This document shows positions 1 through 11,600 of a stretch of DNA of 44,641 nt, in pieces; the first letter of the stretch is position 1; every line of letters begins with the position of its first letter. The notes beneath the pieces were generated by a model. It did not search any database, was not told the DNA's origin, and saw nothing but the letters and a program-made list of their open reading frames with translations. The translations under genes and the position numbers were made by a program. This DNA is from Chlorokybus atmophyticus (lineage: Eukaryota > Plantae > Mesostigma and Chlorokybus algae), in contig RHPI01001611.1 of assembly GCA_009103225.1 (NCBI GenBank), positions 1 to 44,641 on the forward strand, read 5' to 3'.

Positions 1-439
1 TGGGTGTGGACCAGGCATGGTCCCGCCAGCAGAGCCATGGTTGGTCCCACTAGTCGGGACCATCCTTGCAGACCATCTGGGCTAGGCATTAAGATACAAG
101 TAGACCCCACAGTGCGAACCAAGGATGGTCCTGCTACTCGGGACCAGTAGTGGTGATGCTTTTGACAGAACTGTGCCAAGAGCGGACCATCCTTGGTGCA
201 TGCAGCAACACGCATGGCAGACCAGCATTGGTCCCATTGCGCTCGTCATGATAACAGCAACCAGGGCTGGCCCGGTTTTTTGGGGGACCGTGGGACAATT
301 ACGTACTGTTTGGACCAGCCCTGGTCCCCGCGTGCAGACCAAGGCGGGCGACCCTGGTCCCGACCCCAAGCCGCCCGGGCGTTTTGGCCCTGGTCCGTAC
401 GTGCGGACCAGGGCTGGTCCGTGGAAAAAATTCCGTGTG
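1..439. mobile_element. End of a CAC-terminated TIR DNA transposon with GGACC/GGTCC subterminal repeats (element runs off the left edge)
   Basis: About 262-439 is an inverted, highly similar copy of 10916-11095 and 13191-13370. Homology stops sharply at ...TTCCGTGTG (reverse complement CACACGGAA). GGWCC motifs are dense from 1 to 430. Confidence 0.6.
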
Positions 440-541
440 GAAGCTCAAAGCCCACAGCAAAGCAGCAAGGGCACTCACAGCGGTGGTGCACAATCAGGTG
501 GGTTAGTCATGGCAAATAAGTCGCACGTCATGTAATGCACT

Positions 542-2274
542 TTGCTACTTATGTGTGTGCTCTGCTGCAGACACTCGTTCTCAAACAGCTCGCATTGCAT
601 GATGTACCTATTAGACGCAGTCAGAGCGCGCTACCTGGAAACACCTCAAGCACTCTTTGAAATGGACGGCTTGATGCGAAAAGGCACCAAGTCCGCTTTC
701 TTCGCCAAGCTATCAGACGCCAACCCTGAATGCCAGTTACGTACCTTTCCACATGACGTTGAATGCGTTATCAGCGAGGGCATGTTCTTGATCAACATGC
801 AGCCTGGACCAGCTTGCAACAACATAGGCGATTATGTCGAGCACCTCTTCCGTGCTGCTATCATGCCTAGGTTGTTCAACCCAGCGCTGAAGTCCATTCA
901 CATCGTTTTTGACGATCCTGCACATGCTACTGGTGTGGAGACATCATTGCAAGCGCGCAGAGACAGCGACACAACACAGCCAAGCCAGGCTGAACATGTC
1001 AGCAGACACACGCCAATACCTCGCAGCTGGCATTCACTTCTAGGGAATCGGCAGCGCAAACGCCAACTGTGTGACATCATGACACAGTTATTGCCTTCAT
1101 TGGCAGCGCTATACCTGCGTATTGAACAGCAACTCCTGGTCGCGGGAGGCAGCGATCAGGAGGACTATAGAGGCACAGCCCGGGTGGTGGAGATGACTGC
1201 ACAGGGATCTGTATACTCGTGTTCAGATGCATATGCATGCAACCATGTAAAAGCCGATAGTCGAATATGGGTGCACGCTCAGCGAACTTCAGAGGCCCAC
1301 GTGCTGATCCACAGCCCTGACACAGACACCACGAAATAGGGCTTGCCATGCTCGAGACATGGCAAGCCACGATGTCCACACAAAAGACTGTGCACATACA
1401 ACTTGCCACGTCCAGCGCATCAACGAGTCGACCCCCGTTTGTGAAGCTCAACACATTGCTATCAGCCACGCGATTGCTGCCCCAGCTCCGATTCGTACCT
1501 GAAGAGACCATAGCCCAGTTCTTGCTCAAGTTCTTTGCAGTGACCGGTTCGGATTACACCTCATTCATTGCAGGCATAAGTAAGGTTTTCTTTTGGGAAG
1601 AAGCATTAATAGCATGCACGGACTTCATTACATCAACAACTTCAACAGACATCAGCGATGACATTGGCATGTACCTCAGACTGTTAGGGACTGCTTCCTT
1701 CATCAAGCACCGCCGTTGCTTCAAAGCAATGTCAGCAGAAGATGTCTTTGTGGAGATCAACGGTATCACAGCCGGTCAGGAATCCCATGTGGCAATATAT
1801 AGTTGGTTGGAAGGCATACACAATGGGTGCTGGCACACGATTTGGAAGGAAGCAGACCGCATGCCAACTGTCCAAGCATTGCACCTTTATTGCCTGCGCA
1901 GCGTCTGGGTGTTCAAGATGTGGATGCAAGCATGCTCAGGCAACGTACAGATGCCTGACCTGGAGGAGTATGAGTACACCAAAGAAGACGGAATCTACGA
2001 GGCGGAGATGGACACAGCAGACAACTTGACTCAAGCGAGGCAGAAACGGAGCCTACTCCTCAATGGTTGCGGTTGTAAGAAGAATGGGTGCTTCAATAAC
2101 CAATGCAAATGCAAAAAGGCAGGTGTATCATGCACCAACAGCTGTAGATGCGTTGCCTGCAACAACAACCCAGACGCCATTTCGAGACCACCCAGTCTAT
2201 TAACAAGGTATGGCGTGCATGCAAATGACCTTGTCAACCCACACCAAATGCCTAACCATTCTATGACCTTATGA
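542..2274 (+). pseudogene. Academ(X)-like transposon protein, C-terminal part: XPG/FEN1-like nuclease plus tesmin/TSO1-like CXC domain; frameshifted
   Basis: ORFs 542-1339 and 1348-2274 are in different frames and join near 1330 (SPDTDT / HEIGLAML). XPG-like motifs: HIVFDD, NHVKADSRIWVH, SPDTD, FAVTGSDYTSF. Nine-Cys motif CGCKKNGCFNNQCKCKKAGVSCTNSCRCVAC near the end. Confidence 0.65.
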
Positions 2275-2297
2275 TTGCGTTGTAATAGGGACACCCA

Positions 2298-2369
2298 ATG
2301 TAGACAGGCACACCCATGCAAACAGGAACGCCAATGCAAACAGGAACTCCCACGCAAACAGGAACACCA
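2298..2369 (+). repeat. 18-bp tandem repeat, 4 degenerate units (QTGTP-type coding repeat)
   Basis: atgtagacaggcacaccc / atgcaaacaggaacgcca / atgcaaacaggaactccc / acgcaaacaggaacacca. Confidence 0.8.
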
Positions 2370-3402
2370 GTGCCAACACACACCCTTCACAACATCAGCA
2401 CACCAAGGTTGACCAGCGCCAGCGATAAAAGCGAAGACTGTGACAATCTCAACACACCGTTCCAACATGCATAAGGCCCTGTGGACAGCGATGTTGAATC
2501 TGACAAAGACCGCTCTGATAAAGACAACCGTAGTGAAGGACATGACAGCTTGCAGTCTGATGACAGCCAGTTTAACCAGTGACATTATTTACAACAACTC
2601 GGGCAATACATGCCATTTGCATCAAAACTCCTGTGGCAAACACCTAATGCGCCCGCTGCGCGCTCATGTTTGGCAACAACATATACAATACACACAGGAA
2701 GCAAAAGCGTCACCTAACACATAGAGGGTTGCATGCCTGGCATTGCACCTAAACAGCAAAACAGCAACTCAATTTATCGCGCCCATCGTACAGACAAACA
2801 CACCATGCATACTTGAAAAACAAACACAACAACTCAACACACCTGGAGCGTGCCAGGTCTTCTAGAAAATGTCTGCTGGCAGCACACCAGATGCCACTGT
2901 AGCCCGGCTCGCTCCAGCTCCAGGGTCAGCACCGTGCCCCACAAACATCTTCAACCACCACCAACGCACAAGGCCGGTCTCTAGGAGCAACCGTAACACA
3001 GGGACACCAGCGCCCCCCACATCCACACACACAAGTTGAGGCAACATAGGCGGCTCGACATCAGGGTTGACTTCAGGCCAGCGGCGCCACTGACGATCCT
3101 CATACATACTGATATGCACCTCCAGGCCACAGTTGAGGCAACACGCCAGGACACAAATGAGGTTCGGCTGGTAGCCATATGTACACATCTCCCAACCGGG
3201 CAGCACATGCTACTCATACCTGTCGTCACCAATAGGCAACCCTCCGTTTCAACGCCCCCTCCTGCCGCGCCCCACAGCCCACAATCCCTCCACAACATCC
3301 TCTACCATGCTGCGTGCCAATGTAGCTTTAAATTGCTCCCCATCAACGCGATATGCACCTGCGCCGCAGAAACATTGTCCGCTTCCCCCGCCATCCCGCA
3401 CG

Positions 3403-3470
3403 CCCCCGCCGCCGCCGCCCCCCCCGCCGCCGCCGTCGCTGCCACTGCCACTACCACCGCCGCCGCCGCC
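3403..3470. repeat. GCC-rich low-complexity tract
   Basis: cccccgccgccgccgcccccccgccgccgcc...accaccgccgccgccgcc. Confidence 0.85.
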
Positions 3471-5302
3471 AATACTGCCGTAACTAAACTCAAACACCGC
3501 CGCCCACCAAACCCTAACCCAACATATAACCACACACATTAGCGTCGTCTTAACATCATGTCAGCGTGTAGCCAGCCGCTGAACTTAGCTGACACACGAG
3601 TGACACGCGTCAAACAATGTTATGATAACACAATATAACGCATGTCAGCGACGTAATAATAACAATACTCGACAACAATCAACAACATAAGTGGTTGACA
3701 CGCGTTGACACGGCCACCAATCCAACGCAAGAGGCGCGACCACGCACAGCGTTTCGGCATCGGCGGCCCTAAACGCACCCGCAATAATCGCCATAGGCTT
3801 ACTCCTGGGCTTCCCGCCTGTGTCGTCGCTCTGCCAATGATGGGAACTGACAGACAGTCATGCTCGTCGAAATGCCCGGGAAAGAGTTTGCCTCTGCGCA
3901 ATCGCTGCGGGTTGCGAAAGTCGGCTGCAAGTCGCCGGTTCGGCGGTGACGGGGCAGCCGTTTATGCTAGGTGCCGGCAGGCTTCAACGAAGACCAGGGC
4001 AAAGGCATTGCAGCAAGCCTCGCGGGTGGCGTCGTTTCATGCCGGTCAAGGTCTGCCGCGACCGTCTGCATGGACGCGGATGTGACGCGCCAACAGAAAT
4101 ACCGGTTGCTGCAGGCTGTTCGGCCTTGAAAGTTATGACGTAGGGAGAGCTGTAAACTTGCAAACTCTGCACAGATGGCAGAGGGTTGAATACCATTACA
4201 ACTATGCCAGCAGTGTTTTCACCTGTGCTGCCCGTTGCCCGTCACCGTTTGCTATGCTGCCGTGACTGCCGTGACTGCCGTGACTGTTGCAGTTGCGCAA
4301 ACGGCAAGTAGTCCGGATCCCCGCTTGGCCGTTAATTATCGCTTTATCACCAAAACGCGCGTCAGGGTACCTGACGCGCCATCATGTCACATGATGTCAC
4401 ATGATTTATATGTCAACCAGCTGCTCGCACTGCTTGGGTTATTGTCATTAATATCTGGGGACAGCAACACGAACGGTACGCTCAGCGACAGCTCAGAGCA
4501 GCTGTCGCCGAGCTCGTTCTCATCGTCGATCGACCTAGTTGTCAGCTACTTTGAGCTACTATGACCGACGGTTTAATACTTTAAATTAATCGTAGCCGCT
4601 GGATTTTTAGGTAAATTCATAAGTTTAACGAATGCTTCAACTATACAGAGTAGACAGTGACAACATTCCCTTTAACGGCTACTCGGTTGCCGCTGCCTTT
4701 GCAGCGGCAGGGGCGGCGGCAGCGGCGGCGGCCGAGCGGCAGGTATGTATGACTGGGCGCTCTCACCCGGCCCCCCCTCCCCTCGGGACGTGTGCAACCA
4801 CACAGGGATACACGCCTCCCTGCCGCTCTGCCGCCCGTACATATGTGCCCTGCCGCCAAGTGTGGGATTACCGCAATTGCGCGCCGCAAAAATGCGATAA
4901 GCACGCGGCAGGGTGGCATGGCGTGCAAACACAACCCTCGCGCGTACACTACTCGCTCTGTTAACCACTTTGGCTTGCATGCACGCACACATTCCGCGCG
5001 TACACTACTCGCCATGTCAACCACACTGGCTTGCACACACTCATTTCTCAGTGCACTCCACTGTACACCTCGTCATCTTTTACACACAACAATGACGTGA
5101 ACTCCGACAGGTCACGATGCCCAAGCTTGCGCGCAAGACATTGGCGGTGCATGCAAGAGAATATGAATGTCTAACTTTGAACAATGGTGCGCCCGTGCAT
5201 GTGCGTGTGCGAGTGTGTGTGCGCGTTGGCACATGCACGCACGCATGCATGCATGCGTGCGTGTGCACAAGCAAAGCTGAGTTCGCGGACATGTCGTCAC
5301 CA

Positions 5303-5305
<3 letters not shown>

Positions 5306-5354
<49 letters not shown>
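5306..5354. repeat. (CT)n microsatellite
   Basis: Pure CT run of about 24 units. Confidence 0.97.
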
Positions 5355-5358
<4 letters not shown>

Positions 5359-7547
5359 GTTGCTTTGTTCGCTACAAGCACTTCATTTAAGGAAGCCTCA
5401 GCCGCGGAGAAGTACGTGTTGAATTGGTTTATTTGGCGCATGCGCAAGACGGTCACAATGGAAGAAGAGAAGCGTGGTGTAAAGCCTTGATTGCCACAAG
5501 CAATTATTGGCAGGCCAATAAAGGGGAGTGGGCATGCCCACCGGTTGACATAGATGTATGGCCTGATTTCACATTACTAGTCCCCTCAGGCTTGATGTTG
5601 GGCGCTATCAAATTCGTGCGCTTATCAAATTCCGCGCGGGGCAATGGTATAAACATGTGACAGCATGCATGTAACACACTTGTGGTGTACCGCGCTCATG
5701 CTGAAGGTGACTTAGGTGACATTTTGGGCGCCACACATCTTCTTCTCCGACAAAGTGAAAAAAGTTTCAATGCCCGTATTGTGACAAGCCTCTGTATAAT
5801 GTTAGTTGGCGTGGGAGTGTGCGGTCGGTTACCACATTGTCCGCGTCTTGTTGCCCGTACATTAACGACTACAAGTGCAAAAGCTGCAAAGATATCATGT
5901 CAGTACACTCATAATCATACGTCATTAAGCTTGTTATGCGGGATGATCTTTCGCACTCTAACATTGCGTGTGTCCACGCTATGGTTCATACTAGACGGTA
6001 CCGGGCATACATTTGCTGGTTATGATGCCAAGATAATAACGCAGCTCCCAGTAAGCGTGCAAAAGGCCTTCCCCTATGTGCTCACTCAACGGCATGGTTT
6101 CGAGGAGGCTATTGAAGTCATGTTGCGGCGTAATGTGGTAAACAATCAGAGCTTCATGGACTTTTTCGACATGCTCAAGGTAGTCCAAGCATATTGCCAC
6201 GTATGCGCAATCACGTGTGTTGACCAATATCAATTCATATATTAACTAAGTCTCCTTGTGCGCTTATCACAGGAGTTACATCATCATCACATTGGCATGC
6301 GTAAGCTCTTCACGGCGGCATTTGTTGAAGACCATACGCAGAATAACATTCCAAAGACGAGATTGCTAGGGATGCTAGGTGTCCTACAAGCGGCGGCTGC
6401 CACGATACCAGACTTTGGCGACTTCAGTGATAAAGATGGCTACTCGTGTAAGTGCGATTGCATGCATGCATCGTGTGTAAGTTGTTGCTCATTATCTTTA
6501 TGTTGCGAAATTGAACACTGATGTCTCTATAGGATATGTGCCTAAAGATGCCTACTTCTCCGACCTGTACATGCGCGAAGGAGAAAAGCGTATGCAAGAG
6601 CAGAACCGGCAGTTGAGCTTGTCAATTGGTCGCATCATCGCCATTGACCATTCGTTCAAAATGCCCAAGCAAATCCGCAAAGACAAACACAAGGTGCGCA
6701 CTTACCCACGTGCAATGTGTACACACAATCACGCACGTGTACACACCCACGCGCAAGCATACTCTACATGCTTGCACATGTGGCAATACGTGTCAACTGT
6801 TCCAGCATGAACTCGCGCACATATCGTAATATATGCGCGTGTGCACGTGCACATGCCCATGCCCACGCGCACTTGCACGCACTTGTACATATCGACACGC
6901 ATGCCAATGTTCATTGATGCTTCATTTCTACTAATCATAACGGTACATCACTCTCATACTGTGAGATTGTTCTCCAGGTGGCGGAAGCACTATTGACGCT
7001 ATACAATGAGAGGAAGCAAGTTGTGGCATATTACTTCGTCCCAAACACGTCGCTTCATGCTGTTTCACACGAGTTGCGCAAAGTAGCTGAGCGTTGTGCA
7101 TGCGTGTGGCTCCTGTGGACGATAGCAGCACTGCAGCTTGTTGCTGCTGTTCATGAGAGACACGCGTATGACGTCACTGCGTTGGCGGATGCCTTTCAAG
7201 TGGACAAGGACATGGTGTTGCAAGACGCCTTTCATTTAATGCAGCGCTACTTGCCTTGCATTTTAGACTCCTCCACAGTGAAAGGGAAATGAGTTGCCGC
7301 CGCTAAGCATGCATATAATTATTGTCAACTCGATGTGATCTAGGATTGTACGTACATACGGCAATAATCACTCGTGTTGTGGCTGTATATTGCTTTGCGA
7401 AGGGATTGTCCGCGGCAATTTACACATCCGACGACAAGGCGTTGTCTCAAGCCAAGCAACATCTTGCGTCATTGGTAAGTGATATACATTGTCACACACG
7501 CGCACGCGCACGCGCACCACATACACACACGCTCGCGGGGGGCGAGA

Positions 7548-7598
7548 CGGGGGGGAGGGGGGGGGGGGGGGGGGGNNNNNNNNNNGGGGGGGGGGGGG
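7548..7598. other. Poly-G tract containing a 10-N assembly gap (7576-7585)
   Basis: Seen directly. Confidence 0.95.
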
Positions 7599-7972
7599 CA
7601 CGGCGTTTTGAGAGGGGGAAGAGGTAGTGGTGGGGTAGAGCTGGAGAGAGAGAAAGAGAGAGAGGGAGGGTGGGAGGGGGGATGACATGTCCGCAAACTT
7701 AGCTTTGCTTGTGCACGCACGCATGCACGCATGCATGTGCCAACGTGCACTCACACTAGCACACACACATGTATGCGTGCGTGTGTTGCTAGCAGGCATG
7801 CACATGAGATAACACGCATAGACCATTTGCTTATGCAATGTTGTTCTTATCAGGGTTGGAGCCAAAAAGTTGACGAGCGGTTGGGAACGCGGCGCACCAA
7901 ACTATCGCGGCGGATTGGAGAATGCAATGAGGTTCATGCTAGTTTGCAGCAATTGCTGGTAAATGGCGCGAG

Positions 7973-8429
7973 TGTTGACATACACACGTGCAAGTGACAC
8001 GCCAACAACATTAACACAAGAGCATGACTGCTACTGCCGCCAAAGCATCCGCACACATGCTACATCGTGACCTCTCATCTTCATTGCAACAAGTCTGGGC
8101 TTTATACCCCGCCAGTCTCTACACACGTCTACATTGGCAAGCACCGCGTGCGCTATACTCAGCCGATTGCTAGTCTGTAAGCTACGCTGTCTAGCTCACA
8201 ACCAGAGCTTTTCAACGAGCTAAGCCACGCCTGCTAAGCTTACGTATCCACGAAGCTACGCGATTTCTCCCAAGGCTCTACCAAGCAGCCTGGTCCGGAG
8301 TCCGTCATCACTCGACCGTCTTGCTAAGTCTGGAGCCCACGCGCTTCTTCCTAGTACCTTCGACCCTCAACTCCTGTATGAAGGGCAAGCTGACCGGATA
8401 CAAGCATCACCCATGTAATACATTCAACA
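7973..8429 (-). mobile_element. Copia solo LTR (457 bp)
   Basis: TGTTG...CAACA termini. 5-bp TSD GCGAG at 7968-7972 and 8430-8434. The reverse complement aligns along its length with the LTR at 42423-42845. Confidence 0.9.
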
Positions 8430-8959
8430 GCGAGCGTGTCGATATTGACACAGGAAGCGTAATTTGGACAGCACAACTGAACAACTGCCACCAGCAAGCA
8501 CTCCGTCAGGTGGCATGTGGCAAGCTAAGTGGTATGCAACATGAGCTGGTCCATAATGTGTTGGTATTGCATGTGAAGTGGGATCACGCTGCAGATCTTA
8601 GCGAGGTCAAGCTGTACACAAACATTGCAAAACCTAGTTGCATGCCACATTAGCTGTAACAGTTGGGGCCCGACCACTAGGCTATGGTAGTAAAAGACAC
8701 TACCATGAGTGAGGTCTGTCACAATTTATCCCAATTCGTGACATTAGCTATGCGCGCGAGGCACCAATGCTCTGGAGGGCTGGGCAAGAGAACTTCCATA
8801 AGTTGGTGGCTCCCATAAGTTGGTGGCTCGCTCGTGCTCTAAGGCAGCAACAACAGCGCGGCCAAAGCAAACGTGCTCTTTTCCAATCTCATCACACGCC
8901 ACAATATCAATTCAGCGACGCGCAATGCAGGCGAGCCATTCTATGGCGTGTATGATCTT

Positions 8960-10758
8960 CAGGTTTGTTGTAGAATGCTTTGGCACCATTAAAGACTTCT
9001 ACTGCCTCCGTTGTTCTCAGCTTTTCCAGTATCCACCCGGGCCCGTGCCCACTCTTGTACATCAGTCTATTTGAAACTGCTAGGGATAAAGCGTGGCACC
9101 CTAGAGCCACAGCCAGCTCTTTGACCTTTTCATCGAGCGTCTTCAGTGGCAGCCTCTATCTCAGCAACTCACACGCAGAAACCTCTTCAAGATTCTTCAG
9201 CTCCAGGACATCATGGTTGCCACCCATTCGCTGACGAGCAAGCAGTATGACATGGCAAGGTCCTTAAGTCGGCAGGTACTTTACATACTGCCGGTCATCG
9301 TCCACGTCGTCCAACACTAAAAGACAAGGTGTCTCCAACTGTTCTAGTGCTGTCCGGATCTCCAACACAAAGTTGAGGTGTTTGTCCTGATCGAGGCGCA
9401 AAATGCTTGGGAGCCACGACCTGCAACATCAATAATCAATGATTTGTTGCTCAGCTTTTTGTTAAGGTTGAGTTCTTGCACACCTGCAACATACGATGGG
9501 CAGGGACATATAGAGCTGCCCAAGAGAGCCAGCTGAGGCTCTTACCTTGTTTTATCACCACCCAAGTCAATACCTAGTGGTTTTGCCAACCTCAGACAAC
9601 TGTTGTGCAATGCCTCCTTGCTGGCATCGATCCAGAGCAGCTTGTCGTACTGGTGTCGGCAGTTTTGCACATACTTCAATGCCAGCTGCGCCTTGCCTGC
9701 ACCGCCCATGCCTTGGATGCAGACGCAGCTACAATTACTCAACTTGTGACCAAGATCTGCTGGATCTTTACCCCTTTCCACAAATGCATGTTGTCACGGT
9801 ACGGCGTCGTGTTGTCTCCCTTCTCTGTGGTGCACGGCCGTTTGAGCAGCCAACAAACATCCAGGACAATGGCACGGGCGTAGGTGTTCTCGTAATTGTC
9901 ATATTCCTGCATGACCTTCATGCATACAGTTGCAACGTCTTGAACCGTTGTTTTCCACACGTCTTCATCCATGCTGCACTTTGTCCACAGCTTCCCCCCG
10001 TGATGCTCCCAGACTAAACCTGCTGAGACATTGTCAGACGCAGCTACAATTACTCAACTTGTGACCAAGATCTGCTGGATCTTTACCCCTTTCCACAAAT
10101 GCATGTTGTCACGGTACGGCGTCGTGTTGTCTCCCTTCCCTGTGGTGCACGGCCGTTTGAGCAGCCAACAAACATCCAGGACAATGGCACGGGCGTAGGT
10201 GTTCTCGTAATTGTCATATTCCTGCATGACCTTCATGCATACAGTTGCAACGTCTTGAACCGTTGTTTTCCACACGTCTTCATCCATGCTGCACTTTGTC
10301 CACAGCTTCCCCCCGTGATGCTCCCAGACTAAACCTGCTGAGACATTGTCAGATGCAGTATGGTCAGATTGAGGGACCCAAGGTTCACTAACTCCCGGTT
10401 GGTCACAAACACTATCGCATTGTACCTGCTTTACTCTCACTGCATCGATGTCGTCAAGGGTGACACTATAGCAAACTGGCAAACAGTGTTCCCGGTCCAA
10501 AAATGTGCGGAGCTCTTGCATGCAATACTTGTTGGTCAAGAACCCGGGAGACAGCACCACAACACCATATGTTGCTTTCTTCATGGCTGAGTCTATCCTT
10601 TTAGGCGAAAAAATGCCCATTCGCAATGACGTATCGTCAAAGAATACCTGTAACTTCTGCCTCTCAAGCTCGTCCTTCAACCATGCACAAAAGCCCCTCT
10701 TTGTGTCTGGAACCCGATGAGAAAGAAAGACGTCGTAATGCTTATCTTGACCAGCCAT
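8960..10758 (-). pseudogene. TIR-NB-ARC pseudogene of the TIR-NB-ARC-TPR (TNP)-like type, C-terminally truncated
   Basis: TIR motifs YDVFLSHR, VFFDD, VVVLSPGF and YCMQEL. P-loop CIQGMGGAGKAQLA, LLWIDAS, Walker B LLVLDDV (about 9300-9330) and GLPL-equivalent GCHALSLAV. A frameshift precedes the P-loop, in-frame stops occur near 9265 and 9200, and there is an internal 315-bp duplication. Confidence 0.8.
9720..10349. repeat. 315-bp tandem duplication (2 copies)
   Basis: 9720-10034 matches 10035-10349 with one difference seen (cttctc vs cttccc). Junction microhomology CAGAYGCAG. Confidence 0.92.
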
Positions 10759-10915
10759 GACTCCACCTCACACTGACAGTCCGCCACCACAATACGCCAC
10801 CGTCAACGGTGACGCAGCGCTGCGCCAGGTCAAACGAACAATGTGAGGGCGCCCAGTCTAAACACAAGCTTGAAGTGAGTGGTTAAGCTGACACAAGCTG
10901 CTAAGCTAAACTTCA

Positions 10916-11600
10916 CACACGAAATATTTTCCACGGACCAACCCTGGTCCGCACGTACGGACCAGGACCAAAACGCCAAGGCGGCTTGGGGTCCGGACCA
11001 GGGTCGCCCTTCTTGGTCCGAATGCGGGGACCATGGCTGGTCCAAACAGTACGTAATTGTCCCACGGTCCCCCGAATTCTAGGCCAGCCCTGGTGCCGGT
11101 TGAACCGACAAAATTCAGACCGAGGCTGGTCCTTTTGCATGGACCATTATTGATGAACGAAGTGCGTCGCACGTCAATGAAGCCATGGTCCGAAGCGACG
11201 GACCATGGCTGGCGCGCTCTTATAAACCCATGCATGGCGTGACCGCCGGTCATTAAGTTGAATGCGTTTGGGCCGGCTGCAGCCGGACCAGCATGAAGAA
11301 AAACCGATGATGGTTAAAAGTGCGGCAATGTAACTATGCTTTGGTGGCTAACTGCGGTCAGCCGCAGCAACTAAGCCGCAGCTGACCGCGGTTAGGCCGC
11401 TGCTGCTGGTGGCCTGGCGGGCGGCCTGGTACTCCACACAAAGAGCACCAGGCCACGCTGCAGGCCTGGTCATGCTGGCCTGGTAGCGACCAGGCCAGCA
11501 TGACCAAGGCTAAGGGCTGCGCAGGCGCCAGGCCATGGCTTCTGGCGCTGCCACCGCTGCCCTGGCACCGACCAGGCCATGACGAGTAGATGGCCATGAG
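10916..11600. mobile_element. Opposite end of the CAC/GGWCC TIR transposon family, inserted about 160 bp upstream of the TIR start codon; right boundary uncertain
   Basis: Begins CACACGAAATATTTTCCACGGACCA, inverted relative to 262-439. Internal hairpins at 11181-11210 and 11467-11506. Confidence 0.6.

Larger units (their letters stand above)
5440..8960 (+). pseudogene. Multi-exon Mutator-like DDE transposase pseudogene (resembles DUF6729-type proteins)
   Basis: Coding segments are bounded by GT/AG sites (donor 6180, acceptor 6977). Motifs: FPYVLTQRH, IAIDHSFK (6643-6660, first Asp), QDAFHLMQR (7221-7247, DxxH) and RGTNALEG (8757-8780, catalytic Glu region). Frameshifts and a solo LTR disrupt it. 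No TIRs identified. Confidence 0.55.

Noticed and set aside
3508-3520. Interstitial telomere seed AAACCCTAACCC
   Set aside because: Under two units in C/A-rich DNA; compatible with chance.
4357-4400. Helitron 3' hairpin
   Set aside because: A 10-bp stem is present, but no CTRR terminus follows on either strand.
262-11095. One giant Pack-type element with TIRs at 262-439 and 10916-11095 capturing three genes
   Set aside because: The sharp CAC termini face the interior and the motif-rich DNA continues outward, so these look like outer ends of two separate insertions. No TSD was found.
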